Source of the DNA: Candidatus Micrarchaeia archaeon | GTDB taxonomy: Archaea; Micrarchaeota; Micrarchaeia; CAILAH01 | Reading direction: 5' to 3' | DNA length: 18,829 nucleotides | Assembly: GCA_049970015.1 (NCBI GenBank) | Contig: JBMFNT010000016.1 | Span: 1-18,829, forward strand | Shown here: piece after piece, positions 1 to 8,098 of the stretch | How positions within the stretch are numbered: position 1 is the first letter of the stretch | How the letters are laid out: every line of letters begins with the position of its first letter | Made by a program: the position numbers and the translations under genes | The notes under the pieces: model-generated | What the model saw: only the letters and a program-made list of their open reading frames with translations | Databases searched by the model: none | Told to the model about the DNA's origin: nothing

Positions 1-179
1 ACTCAGTTAAAGTTGTTAAGGTAAATGTGGATCAGTTCCCGGCGTTATCAAGGCAATTTAACATCATGAGCATTCCTTCATTGATATTCTTTGAGAATGG
101 CAAGCCAAAGGATAAGATAGTTGGAGCACTTCCTTATGATGTTGTTGAGGCATTCATAGCAAAAAACTCTAAGGCTTAA
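1..179 (+). CDS. trxA: Thioredoxin, C-terminal part (5'-truncated by the window)
   Basis: The frame starting at nt 3 reads SVKVVKVNVDQFPALSRQFNIMSIPSLIFFENGKPKDKIVGALPYDVVEAFIAKNSKA* (TAA 177-179). This matches the thioredoxin C-terminal half (KVNVD, SIP cis-Pro loop, F-x-NG, VGA). The WCxxC site would lie upstream of the window. Not in the ORF track. Confidence 0.9.
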   Translation, partial: SVKVVKVNVDQFPALSRQFNIMSIPSLIFFENGKPKDKIVGALPYDVVEAFIAKNSKA

Positions 180-465
180 CTATAACCAGTTTTCTTTTCT
201 TTCCAATCCTATCATATGCCTGCAAAACAACTTGTTGTGAAAGGATAGCAGAGAATTATGTGGATGCCACCATGTTTTTAAAAAACTGCATGCCCTCTGC
301 AGATGGCAAGTTGCAAGACGAAGTGTGAGAGTGCACAGTACCACAATAATCCAACCCAACAGGTATATCCCATTCATATATGGCAATGCCGTTCGGGCCG
401 TTCTTTAGGATAACTATTTTTGGCATATTCGCATATTAAATCGACAATTTTTTGCTAATACGCAT
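169..465 (-). pseudogene. JAMM/MPN+ (Mov34/JAB) metalloisopeptidase pseudogene, archaeal AF2198-like
   Basis: Stitching minus-strand frames from ATG 465 gives MRISKK / IVDLICEYAKNSYPKE / NGPNGIAIYEWDIPVGLDYCGTVHSHTSSCNLPSAEGMQFFK / HGGIHIILCYPFTT / LQAYDRIGKKRKLVIVKP* (TAG 169-171). This is colinear with archaeal JAMM proteins (MKIS...A...PxE...GTVHSHP...PS..D..F...HIIVCYPY...YxRxG). It has several frameshifts, an apparent internal deletion after PKE, HSHP changed to HSHT, and the Zn-ligand Asp changed to Gly. Confidence 0.85.
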
Positions 466-466
466 T

Positions 467-1234
467 TTATCTTTGCCACAATTTTGCGTGTAGCTTTGAG
501 TTTTCATTCAGATTCCTGCTCATTACACTCTTTTTACTATTAAGGAATTGCCTTATTTTGTCCCTGTTGCTTTCTGGGTAATCAATGTCCAATGCATTGG
601 ATAACCTGGGATCTGCTACATGCAAGAGCGCATTGTATCCAATCATTTCAGCATCTATAGAATTATATCTCCTTCCACCAACATAAGTTGAAAACAAACG
701 GGCCATTAGGGAGGGGTCCTGCTCGATATGCGCAACATTTAGTCCCATAGATTCAATCTCGTTCCTATAAAATAGCGCAATAAGCCTTATACTGGAATCT
801 GTGTCTTTAAGCACCGATAAAGCCATTTCCCTAGAGATAGTTTCACCGAAGTATTTTTTGTAGAGTTCCCTAGCAGTTTCTATCTTAATCTGTGCCATCC
901 CATAACTTACATTTAGGTTCATTTTTCCACCAATTTCGTCAAGCCAGTCCTCATATCTTGGTCTGCATTCATTTTCATTCATAATGGTTGCAGCAATCAG
1001 CATTACAGGCACATTATATTCCGATGCATATTTCTTTATCCTATCCTTGTTTTCTGAAACAAAACTATATACTTGGCCAGACAGACAAGAATTGATAGTT
1101 TCAATCTGACTGTCCCCAACATTTCTTGCTGGTCGCATGCCGCATATACCTGCATACACGACAGCAAACGTAACCGCCATAAGCAATGTATCCTTCACAA
1201 ACTCCATGATGATATTTTTCTTACTTTCTTCCAT
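467..1234 (-). CDS. Membrane-anchored lysozyme-like / lytic transglycosylase (SLT-like) domain protein
   Basis: N-terminal hydrophobic anchor (LLMAVTFAVVYAGIC). IKKYASEYNVPVMLIAATIMNEN resembles SLT motif I with the catalytic Glu. VSYGMAQIKIETA resembles the GLMQ motif II. LKDTDSSIRLIALFY resembles the L-x-DP-x-x-NI-x-x-G-x-x-YL motif, and YVGG resembles the AYNxG motif. Confidence 0.7.
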   Translation of the reverse strand: MEESKKNIIMEFVKDTLLMAVTFAVVYAGICGMRPARNVGDSQIETINSCLSGQVYSFVSENKDRIKKYASEYNVPVMLIAATIMNENECRPRYEDWLDEIGGKMNLNVSYGMAQIKIETARELYKKYFGETISREMALSVLKDTDSSIRLIALFYRNEIESMGLNVAHIEQDPSLMARLFSTYVGGRRYNSIDAEMIGYNALLHVADPRLSNALDIDYPESNRDKIRQFLNSKKSVMSRNLNENSKLHAKLWQR

Positions 1235-1255
1235 GATTACTTTACGTATGTTCTT

Positions 1256-1270
1256 AATATAAACTTTTTT
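1256..1270 (-). promoter_or_regulatory. Putative archaeal BRE-TATA promoter for the SLT-like gene
   Basis: The minus strand reads AAAAAAG TTTATATT, ending about 22 nt upstream of ATG 1234. This spacing is typical of a leaderless archaeal transcript. Confidence 0.5.
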
Positions 1271-1721
1271 ATTTTTCAGGAATTAGCATGATCCATCCCT
1301 TTAGAGGTCCATCGCAATTATCCAACATTGTTTTATCAACATTCCCTGCCATTATTTTATCAACATCACTACTATCTAGTGCACATACCATATCTGACCC
1401 TTTTGCATTTTTAGCAATAATCCGCATATTTTCCGGTACCTGCGATTCATTAAAATCATCGATCCTTAAGTAAACTACTGTGTTGCCGGATTTTGATTTA
1501 CCTCTAACCTCCATATGGATCTGTACATTCTCATCCTTAAGGTCATACTGTGCCGGTTCCCCTGCAGCAAATTTTTCCTCAAAACATTTAGCATTGAGAC
1601 ATGTTGTTGCTTGCCCTGTATAACCAACGGCAACATACTTGTCCTGTGCCATAGGATTTTCAAAAAAGCCACATAGTCCGATTATAGCCAGTATAGGGAG
1701 TATTATTATAGTTTTTGACAT
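1269..1721 (-). CDS. Hypothetical exported/membrane-anchored protein (possible lipoprotein)
   Basis: ORF 1269..1736. The preferred start is ATG 1721 (MSKTIIILPILAIIGLCG), which lies 22 nt below a TTTATAAT box at 1743-1750. It has a signal-peptide-like N-terminus and paired cysteines (TCLNAKCF, VC, NCDGPL). Confidence 0.7.
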   Translation of the reverse strand: MSKTIIILPILAIIGLCGFFENPMAQDKYVAVGYTGQATTCLNAKCFEEKFAAGEPAQYDLKDENVQIHMEVRGKSKSGNTVVYLRIDDFNESQVPENMRIIAKNAKGSDMVCALDSSDVDKIMAGNVDKTMLDNCDGPLKGWIMLIPEK

Positions 1722-1759
1722 ATCTATTAATTTCATGAGAATATTATAAATATTGCATA

Positions 1760-3457
1760 CTATTCCTTACGCTTAAATTTCTTTTCCAAATCTCCCCAAC
1801 TCATCCTTATTAAGGTGGGTCGGCCATGTGGGCATGTGTATGGATTTTTACAATTTCCCAACTCATTTATTATACGCTTCATGTCTGCAAGAGATAGTAC
1901 ATCTCCTCCCTTAACAGCGCTTCTGCATGCGCGTGTTGCAACCTTATTGAATATTTCCTCTCTACCATATTCTGCAAGAGAGTGTGTGTTAAACTCATCT
2001 ATAACATCCCATATTATTTCTGCAGGATCAGATCTTCCAAACACAGCAGGTATGGTTAACAATGCAAATTCATGCTTGCCTATGCGCTCAATCTTGAACC
2101 CCATACTTTCAAAAAGTGCATTGCTGCTATTTATAACTTCCTCCTCTTTTTCGTTCGTTTCAAACACATATGGCTGCACTAATGAATTAACAGTGATTGC
2201 ATTTTTCTCAAGCTGTGTCATAAACTTCTCAAACAATGAGCGTTCCTGTGCCGCGTGCTGGTCCACCAGTACAATACCTTTTGAATCATAACCTAGGATA
2301 TATGTTCTGTTGACCTGGCCAAGAACACAAATTTCATAAAACTGATTTATAGGCACTTCTACTGGATCAACTTGCCCTATGGTTGTCTGCTCAGTAGAAA
2401 GTAATGTCTGCACACCTTTATCAATCTCATATGTGTGTGTTGATTTTGAGAAAGTGCTTTCAAACCCAGTTTCTATTACACCCGGCACAGATTCGATAGC
2501 TTTTCTGACGCTGCTGATTATTGCATCGCTGATGACATATTCATTCTTGAATCTTAGTTCTTCTTTGGTAGGGTGTACATTAACATCAATGTATAGAGGG
2601 TTTATTTTTAGCTTAATTATTACAACGGGATGCCTGTCCAAGAATAACTTCTCAGCATATCCTTTCTTTATTGCCTCTATAACTGCATCACATTTCACAA
2701 TGCGTCCGTTTATGAAAACAAACTGAAAATCACGTGTTTTTCTTGAGTACCCTACTTTTGATATAAATCCATCAATAATAACATCCTGTGTTTGATGGTC
2801 AAGTTTGATTACATTATCATGTACCTCCTTACCCAGGACATTGAATACTCTCTTTTCTGTGCTCTCCTTGTTTACCCTGAATAGCTCTCTCTTGTCAGCT
2901 ACTAGTCTAAAAGACACATGATTGTACAGTAAAGAATAGCTCTTCACCAAATCAGTTATTTTTGATGTTTCTATAGCATCGCTTTTGAGGAAATTGAGCC
3001 TTACAGGCATTTTCCCAAACAGGTTCCTAAGCTCAACACACGTACCTTTTTGTAGCTGCCCTTTCTGGATCTCCCCGACCACCTCTCCTAGTTCATCATA
3101 CCTAGCAGCATATCCATTGCTTTGGATAGATAATTCTCCAACTACTGCCATGCTTGCAAGAGCTTCACCACGGAATCCGAGCGTGCATATCTTCTCAAGG
3201 TCTGTTTCATTGCTGATTTTGCTTGTTGCAAACCTCTTTGCACACATCTTCAAGTCATCTACATCCATACCATCTCCATCATCGATCACGCGTATTAGGA
3301 TTTTACCACCGCGCTCAATTTCAATAGTTATATTGCTGGCGTTTGCATCCAGGCTGTTTTCGATAAGCTCTTTCACTACAGACACTGGTGCAGTTATAAC
3401 TTCACCTGCAGCAATTTTCTCCCTAACTAATTTTGGTAATTGTAGTATTTTTCCCAT
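1760..3457 (-). CDS. mutL: DNA mismatch repair endonuclease MutL
   Basis: GHKL ATPase motifs: KIAAGEVI, VVKELIENSLDA, DDGDGM, RFATSKI, LGFRGEALAS, DVNVHPTKEE. The C-terminal endonuclease motifs are intact: DQHAAQERSLFE, ACRSAVKGGD, CPHGRP. ATG 3457 (MGKILQL) is preferred over the ORF-track GTG at 3472. Confidence 0.98.
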   Translation of the reverse strand: MGKILQLPKLVREKIAAGEVITAPVSVVKELIENSLDANASNITIEIERGGKILIRVIDDGDGMDVDDLKMCAKRFATSKISNETDLEKICTLGFRGEALASMAVVGELSIQSNGYAARYDELGEVVGEIQKGQLQKGTCVELRNLFGKMPVRLNFLKSDAIETSKITDLVKSYSLLYNHVSFRLVADKRELFRVNKESTEKRVFNVLGKEVHDNVIKLDHQTQDVIIDGFISKVGYSRKTRDFQFVFINGRIVKCDAVIEAIKKGYAEKLFLDRHPVVIIKLKINPLYIDVNVHPTKEELRFKNEYVISDAIISSVRKAIESVPGVIETGFESTFSKSTHTYEIDKGVQTLLSTEQTTIGQVDPVEVPINQFYEICVLGQVNRTYILGYDSKGIVLVDQHAAQERSLFEKFMTQLEKNAITVNSLVQPYVFETNEKEEEVINSSNALFESMGFKIERIGKHEFALLTIPAVFGRSDPAEIIWDVIDEFNTHSLAEYGREEIFNKVATRACRSAVKGGDVLSLADMKRIINELGNCKNPYTCPHGRPTLIRMSWGDLEKKFKRKE

Positions 3458-3464
3458 AACCTTC

Positions 3465-5957
3465 TCACACACTCCATATATCTATACTTGTTTGCTTCTT
3501 GTCAACCAGTTTTGAACTGCCACGTGTCAACCGACTTAGAGTTTCCCTATGTATAAAATCGTTCTCTTCAAGCCGCTTTGATATCTCTCTTGCCATCATG
3601 ACAACTTCAAGTGGAATCCCAGCAACTTTTGCAGCATGAATACCATAACTTTTATCAGTACCTCCTTCTACCAGTTTATGCAGAAAAACAATATCATTAG
3701 GGTTTTCACTGACTGCAACATTGAAATTCCTTATAAAACTGTACTTGAGAGAGAGTAGGTTTAGCAGATGGTAATGTGTGGCAAACATGGTCTTGCACCC
3801 TATCCTATTTGCAATATATTCAATGATTGCCCACGCAATTGCAATTCCATCATATGTTGAAGTGCCACGGCCTATTTCATCCAATATCACTAATGACTTT
3901 TCAGTTGCATTGTTTAGTATATTTGCGCTTTCGGTCATTTCCATCATAAATGTTGACTGACCGCGAACGATGTCATCTCTTGCACCAACTCGTGTAAATA
4001 TTCTATCAACAAGCGAGATGCTTGCCTTGTGGGCTGGCACGAAACAACCAATATGTGCCATTATTGTTATAAGCGCTACCTGACGCATTATTGTGGATTT
4101 TCCAGCCATATTTGGGCCTGTTATTATCATTATTTTTTGGTTATTGTCTAATCGTACAGAATTGCTCACAAAGTTTGTAACATTTTTTTCCACCACTGGA
4201 TGTCTTCCATCTTCTATGATAATCTCGTTAGTTTCATTTATCTCTGGCCGTACATAGTTGTTTTCATATGAAACCTTTGCAAAGCACGAATAAATGTCTA
4301 TTTCACCTACAGCATTTGAAAGAGAATATATTTCATTTACATACGGCTTTATACTATCAATGAGCCTGCCATATAGCTCCTGCTCAAGCTTTGATATCTT
4401 TTCCTCAGCATTGAGCACCATAATTTCGGTCTCCTTCAATTTTGATGATATATACCTCTCACACGCAACCTGTGTTTGCTTTCTTACATAATCTGAAGGC
4501 ACGTTGTTAGCTTGTGTCTTAGGCACCTCAATGTAATATCCTATTATTTTGTTATAGCGCACCTTAAGGCTCTTGATGCCCGTCCTTGCCCGCTCCTCTT
4601 CCTCAAACTTCTGTATCCATTCCGTAGAATTTTTTAGCATGCTTCTGAGCTTGTCCAGTTCTTCAGAGTACCCTTGCCGTATCACGTTGCCTTCACGCAA
4701 ACTCTGCTTTGCGTTTTCGTCAATACAGTTGTCTATAAAAGTGCATACAGTATCTGTGTTTTCACCTGCAACCAAAAACTCTTTTAGAGCGGAATGCTGT
4801 GAGAGCTGCTGGTAAACCTTCTTCCATGCAATTATTGATTGCTTGAGCATGAGAAGTTCACGAGGTTGTACATTGCCATACAGTATTCTCGTAGCAATCC
4901 GTTCAATATCACCCACTCCTGCTAGTATCCTTCTGATTTCCTCTGTCAGAAATATATCATTAAAGAAAAATTCGACAAAGTCGAGCCGTTTCTCTATCTT
5001 GGCCTTGTCAAACAGTGGCTGGGTTATCCATTTCTTCAGCAATCTGCCACCCATCGGAGTTACAGTCTTGTCCAACACGCTGTATAAAGTGCCCCTGTGT
5101 GTGCCATCAATCTGATTGTAGATGAGATCTAGGTTTCTTATTGTTGTGGCATCAAGAATTTGGTAGGCATTTTTATTAGTATAGGATATTCGCGAAATGT
5201 GGACATTACCAGTTCCATAAAAAGTAAACTCAAGGTATGAAAGGAGCCCTGAAAGGGCGCGCTTGAGCACAACGGATGACTCTATCCCATATGCATTAAA
5301 TGATTTTACTCCCAGTATCTTGTTTAATAGATATTCTCCATTATTCTCATCAAACTTGTAATGCTCAAGCAAAGTTTCCTTAAAATTATAGCTTCTTTTC
5401 ATCTGCTCAATCCACTTGAACTTGCCATCAATCTTGGGCATAATTATCTCAGATGGTTTAAGTGTTTCAAGCTCTGTTTCGATATTCTCCGGGCTAGTCT
5501 CATATAGGTTTACCTGTCCTGTTGAAACATCACAGGCGCATACCCCCAACTTTCCCCCTTCTTCCCATAGCGAAAGCATATAATTGTTGGATGTCTCATT
5601 TATCAGATACGGCTCTAGTAATGTGCCAGGGGTTATTATGCGTACTACACCTCTCTTCACTATGCCTTTTGCTCTTTTTGGATCCTCCAGCTGCTCAACG
5701 ATTACTATCTTGTGCCCCTTATCAATTAACTTCTTCAAGTAAGGTTCAATTGCATGGTAAGGTATGCCTGCAAGTGGTATTTTTTTATCTTCCTTGCCGC
5801 GTGATGTGAGCACTATTTGTAATTCATGTGATATCAATTTTGCATCGTCAAAGAAAGTTTCGTAGAAATCCCCCATCCTAAACAGAACTATAAAATCACT
5901 ATACTCCTTTTTGATCTCCCAATACTGTCTCATTGCAGGGGTAAGTTCACTACTCAT
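3465..5957 (-). CDS. mutS: DNA mismatch repair protein MutS (MutS1)
   Basis: LTPAMRQY; mismatch-binding FRMGDFYETF; GIPYHA; Walker A TGPNMAGKST; DRIFTRVGARDD; STFMMEM; Walker B LVILDEIGRGTSTYDG; FATHYH; SYGIHAAKVAGIP. Confidence 0.99.
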   Translation of the reverse strand: MSSELTPAMRQYWEIKKEYSDFIVLFRMGDFYETFFDDAKLISHELQIVLTSRGKEDKKIPLAGIPYHAIEPYLKKLIDKGHKIVIVEQLEDPKRAKGIVKRGVVRIITPGTLLEPYLINETSNNYMLSLWEEGGKLGVCACDVSTGQVNLYETSPENIETELETLKPSEIIMPKIDGKFKWIEQMKRSYNFKETLLEHYKFDENNGEYLLNKILGVKSFNAYGIESSVVLKRALSGLLSYLEFTFYGTGNVHISRISYTNKNAYQILDATTIRNLDLIYNQIDGTHRGTLYSVLDKTVTPMGGRLLKKWITQPLFDKAKIEKRLDFVEFFFNDIFLTEEIRRILAGVGDIERIATRILYGNVQPRELLMLKQSIIAWKKVYQQLSQHSALKEFLVAGENTDTVCTFIDNCIDENAKQSLREGNVIRQGYSEELDKLRSMLKNSTEWIQKFEEEERARTGIKSLKVRYNKIIGYYIEVPKTQANNVPSDYVRKQTQVACERYISSKLKETEIMVLNAEEKISKLEQELYGRLIDSIKPYVNEIYSLSNAVGEIDIYSCFAKVSYENNYVRPEINETNEIIIEDGRHPVVEKNVTNFVSNSVRLDNNQKIMIITGPNMAGKSTIMRQVALITIMAHIGCFVPAHKASISLVDRIFTRVGARDDIVRGQSTFMMEMTESANILNNATEKSLVILDEIGRGTSTYDGIAIAWAIIEYIANRIGCKTMFATHYHLLNLLSLKYSFIRNFNVAVSENPNDIVFLHKLVEGGTDKSYGIHAAKVAGIPLEVVMMAREISKRLEENDFIHRETLSRLTRGSSKLVDKKQTSIDIWSV

Positions 5958-5967
5958 TACTTGACTT

Positions 5968-6657
5968 TTAGGAGTCTTTTGTTTTTAATATTTGCGTAAA
6001 CCGCTTTGCATCATCATACATCGTAAAATTGTTAAACAAAACGTAGCTATTCATACCAATTTTTGAGATGCATTCCCTAAGCTCCTCATCACTGAATGTA
6101 TAATTGTACATCATAGGCGTGCCAAAACCATGCAGCCTGTAATATCCAAATTTTCTGTTGTATGAATCCTGCCTCAATGGATCAACAACATGAACAATAT
6201 CCAACCGCTTGAAAAGCGAAGAGACAATCTCGCGTGTCCACTCAGATTTCCATCTGACCTCCCATCCAAGAATAAACCTTTCTCTGTCAATCCTGCTGAA
6301 AAATGCATCTGCATTTTTCAGGTTATTGGCAGTTGGCCTAAAACTGTGGGGAGACTGGAATATTAGTATTTTTGCACGCAAGGCTTTGCCCACAGCTTTC
6401 ATCTGCTCAAACGCATCAACACTCTTTTGTGATGAAAACTTATCAAGATGGGTTATTATTTTTGAAACCTTAACAGTGAATTCAAATTTACTGTTTATTT
6501 CATCAACCTTTTCCCTCCATTTAGCTGCTGTGCTCTCGCGCGGTATTCTATAAAATGTTGAATTAACCTCAACAACAGAGTAGCCTGCTCTAACATAATT
6601 CCTTAATCTATCTCCTTTCTCCGGGAAGTACCCCCACCCACAAGTACCCACTTTCAT
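5968..6657 (-). CDS. DUF72 (YecE/YunF-like) TIM-barrel protein
   Basis: VGTCGWGY, VEVNSTFYRIP, FTVKVSKIITH, FQSPHSF, WEVR, YYRLHG, YVLFNN...MYDDA: the characteristic DUF72 motif series. Confidence 0.93.
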   Translation of the reverse strand: MKVGTCGWGYFPEKGDRLRNYVRAGYSVVEVNSTFYRIPRESTAAKWREKVDEINSKFEFTVKVSKIITHLDKFSSQKSVDAFEQMKAVGKALRAKILIFQSPHSFRPTANNLKNADAFFSRIDRERFILGWEVRWKSEWTREIVSSLFKRLDIVHVVDPLRQDSYNRKFGYYRLHGFGTPMMYNYTFSDEELRECISKIGMNSYVLFNNFTMYDDAKRFTQILKTKDS

Positions 6658-6664
6658 AACTATA

Positions 6665-7201
6665 TTACTTTTTCATAAGTTTTCTTAATATTACATTCGC
6701 ATACTCCTCAGCACTTCTTGGACCATCCGCGGTAACAATATTTCCATCCTCAACCACGCTTTCATTAACATATTTTGCACCGTATTGCCTTAATACATCC
6801 GGTGTACTTTTTCCATATTCTGGGTCATCACCGACCCATACAGTGGCTTTCTTGCCTTTTAGTAATCCTGCCTTTGCAAGAGTGGTTGGTGCCCAACATA
6901 TTGCAGAAACTATCTTTCCATTCACATATGCCTCTCTTGCAACTTCTATTGCCTTGTCCTCTTTCCTTATAATTGGTGTTCCTTGGCCGCCAACAAACAT
7001 CACTGCATCATATTCACTCACATTTATATCACTAAGTCCTAAATTTGCTTCAGCAGTATTGCCCAGCATCCCTTTACAGGCACCTTTTTTTGTGCTTGCA
7101 ATGTCGACATGAATACCAGCTCTCTCCAGAATTCTTTTAGGTATGAGCAATTCTTCATCCCTAAACCCTACAGGTGCAATTACCATTACCACTTTTTTCA
7201 T
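6665..7201 (-). CDS. DJ-1/PfpI family protein (glyoxalase III/deglycase-like)
   Basis: GFRDEEL with the conserved Glu, YDAVMFVGGQG, nucleophile elbow SAICWAP, LAKAGLLKGKKAT, VVEDGNIVTADGP. An AGGTGA ribosome-binding site lies upstream on the minus strand. Confidence 0.95.
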   Translation of the reverse strand: MKKVVMVIAPVGFRDEELLIPKRILERAGIHVDIASTKKGACKGMLGNTAEANLGLSDINVSEYDAVMFVGGQGTPIIRKEDKAIEVAREAYVNGKIVSAICWAPTTLAKAGLLKGKKATVWVGDDPEYGKSTPDVLRQYGAKYVNESVVEDGNIVTADGPRSAEEYANVILRKLMKK

Positions 7202-7209
7202 TTTCTCAC

Positions 7210-7229
7210 CTAACCTAATCTAACCTAAT
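7210..7229. repeat. Tandem decamer (CTAACCTAAT)x2 in the divergent intergenic region
   Basis: 7210-7229 reads ctaacctaat ctaacctaat, directly adjacent to the PfpI ribosome-binding site. Confidence 0.7.
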
Positions 7230-7271
7230 TCGGGTCAAACTATTATATTTGTTTCTCACACATAGTTTCTT

Positions 7272-8054
7272 ATGCTCCTGATTATGTTAGCAATGGCAAC
7301 ACTTACTTCGTACATTGATGACACTGCATCTGTTGTATATGTTATCAGGACAAACGAAACACGATATACGATGGATATAGATTTTGGAACTGTTGTTTAT
7401 GCGGTTTCAGATCAAGGGGATGTCAAGTACAGTGTTGAAAATGGTACGCTCTCTTTGTTTGGGAATAGCACTTTCTACATAGTTAAGGTAAAGTATCAAA
7501 TACCAGAAACAGATGGTTACAGAGAATTTGTCCTATACACCAAGGGTTTGAATGTATCAGAGCATAAGCTTTACTATTCTCCAGATGTGAAATTGTACAA
7601 AGTCTATCCAGAAGGTAAAATTACTTCTGATAGCATAGTCTGGGAAGGGCCTGAACCAGTCTACATTGTAAGGTATGGGGCTTCAGATTCTTCGGGTTTT
7701 ATGCTGTATCTTGTGATAGTGTTTCTGCTGTTGGTATCATATCTTATATACATGAAGATATTTGCAGGGAAAAAACATGGGAAGAGTGAGATATGGGATG
7801 TGGATGATTTTGAAAAGAAAATAGCTGCTCTATCAGGATATGAAAAAGAAATATTACGTGCAGTTAGACAGAATCCAGGAATAAAACAAAAGGAGCTTTC
7901 ATCACAACTCAATATGCGGAAATCCCACTTGAGTAAGGTGTTAGGAAGAATGGAGGCGAGATTCCTCGTGCGAAGAGAACGGTTCGGTAAGGTGATTAAG
8001 ATATACCTGGGTGGGTTTTTTGATAAAAAACCTGAAGTTTCCAAGGTTTCCTGA
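7272..8054 (+). CDS. Membrane-tethered winged-HTH regulator (COG2512-like: exported N-domain, TM helix, C-terminal MarR-like wHTH)
   Basis: Hydrophobic N-terminus, beta-rich predicted extracellular domain and TM segment FMLYLVIVFLLLVSYLIYM. These are followed by LSGYEKEILRAVRQNPGIKQKELSSQLNMRKSHLSKVLGRMEARFLVRRERFGKVIKIYL, a classic wHTH. Confidence 0.85.
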   Translation: MLLIMLAMATLTSYIDDTASVVYVIRTNETRYTMDIDFGTVVYAVSDQGDVKYSVENGTLSLFGNSTFYIVKVKYQIPETDGYREFVLYTKGLNVSEHKLYYSPDVKLYKVYPEGKITSDSIVWEGPEPVYIVRYGASDSSGFMLYLVIVFLLLVSYLIYMKIFAGKKHGKSEIWDVDDFEKKIAALSGYEKEILRAVRQNPGIKQKELSSQLNMRKSHLSKVLGRMEARFLVRRERFGKVIKIYLGGFFDKKPEVSKVS

Positions 8055-8074
8055 AACTGATAAATATTGTTTCC
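8037..8074 (+). promoter_or_regulatory. Candidate operator cluster (GTTTCC boxes) around a TATA-like element
   Basis: GTTTCC occurs at 8037, 8046 and 8069. An inverted GAAAC at 8053 forms the palindrome GTTTC-ct-GAAAC. GATAAATA lies at 8059-8066, upstream of the coiled-coil gene. Confidence 0.4.
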
Positions 8075-8098
8075 ACATAAGACATTGCGGTGATATCT

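Noticed and set aside
180..386. 68-aa minus-strand ORF from the ORF track
   Set aside because: It is an off-frame shadow of the JAMM pseudogene; the recognisable JAMM motifs lie in the other two minus-strand frames.
270..455. Programmed ribosomal frameshifting at the T6A5 and A6 runs of the JAMM gene
   Set aside because: Restoring the protein needs several shifts plus a missing segment, and a catalytic Asp is substituted. This fits pseudogenisation, not recoding.
1073..7112. Numerous plus-strand ORFs (e.g. 1815..2291, 2379..2726, 2985..3515, 4843..5115, 6209..6553) and 1475..1672 (-)
   Set aside because: They are antisense or off-frame to well-supported genes (mutL, mutS, DUF72, PfpI), with S/I/L/F-rich shadow composition and no motifs.
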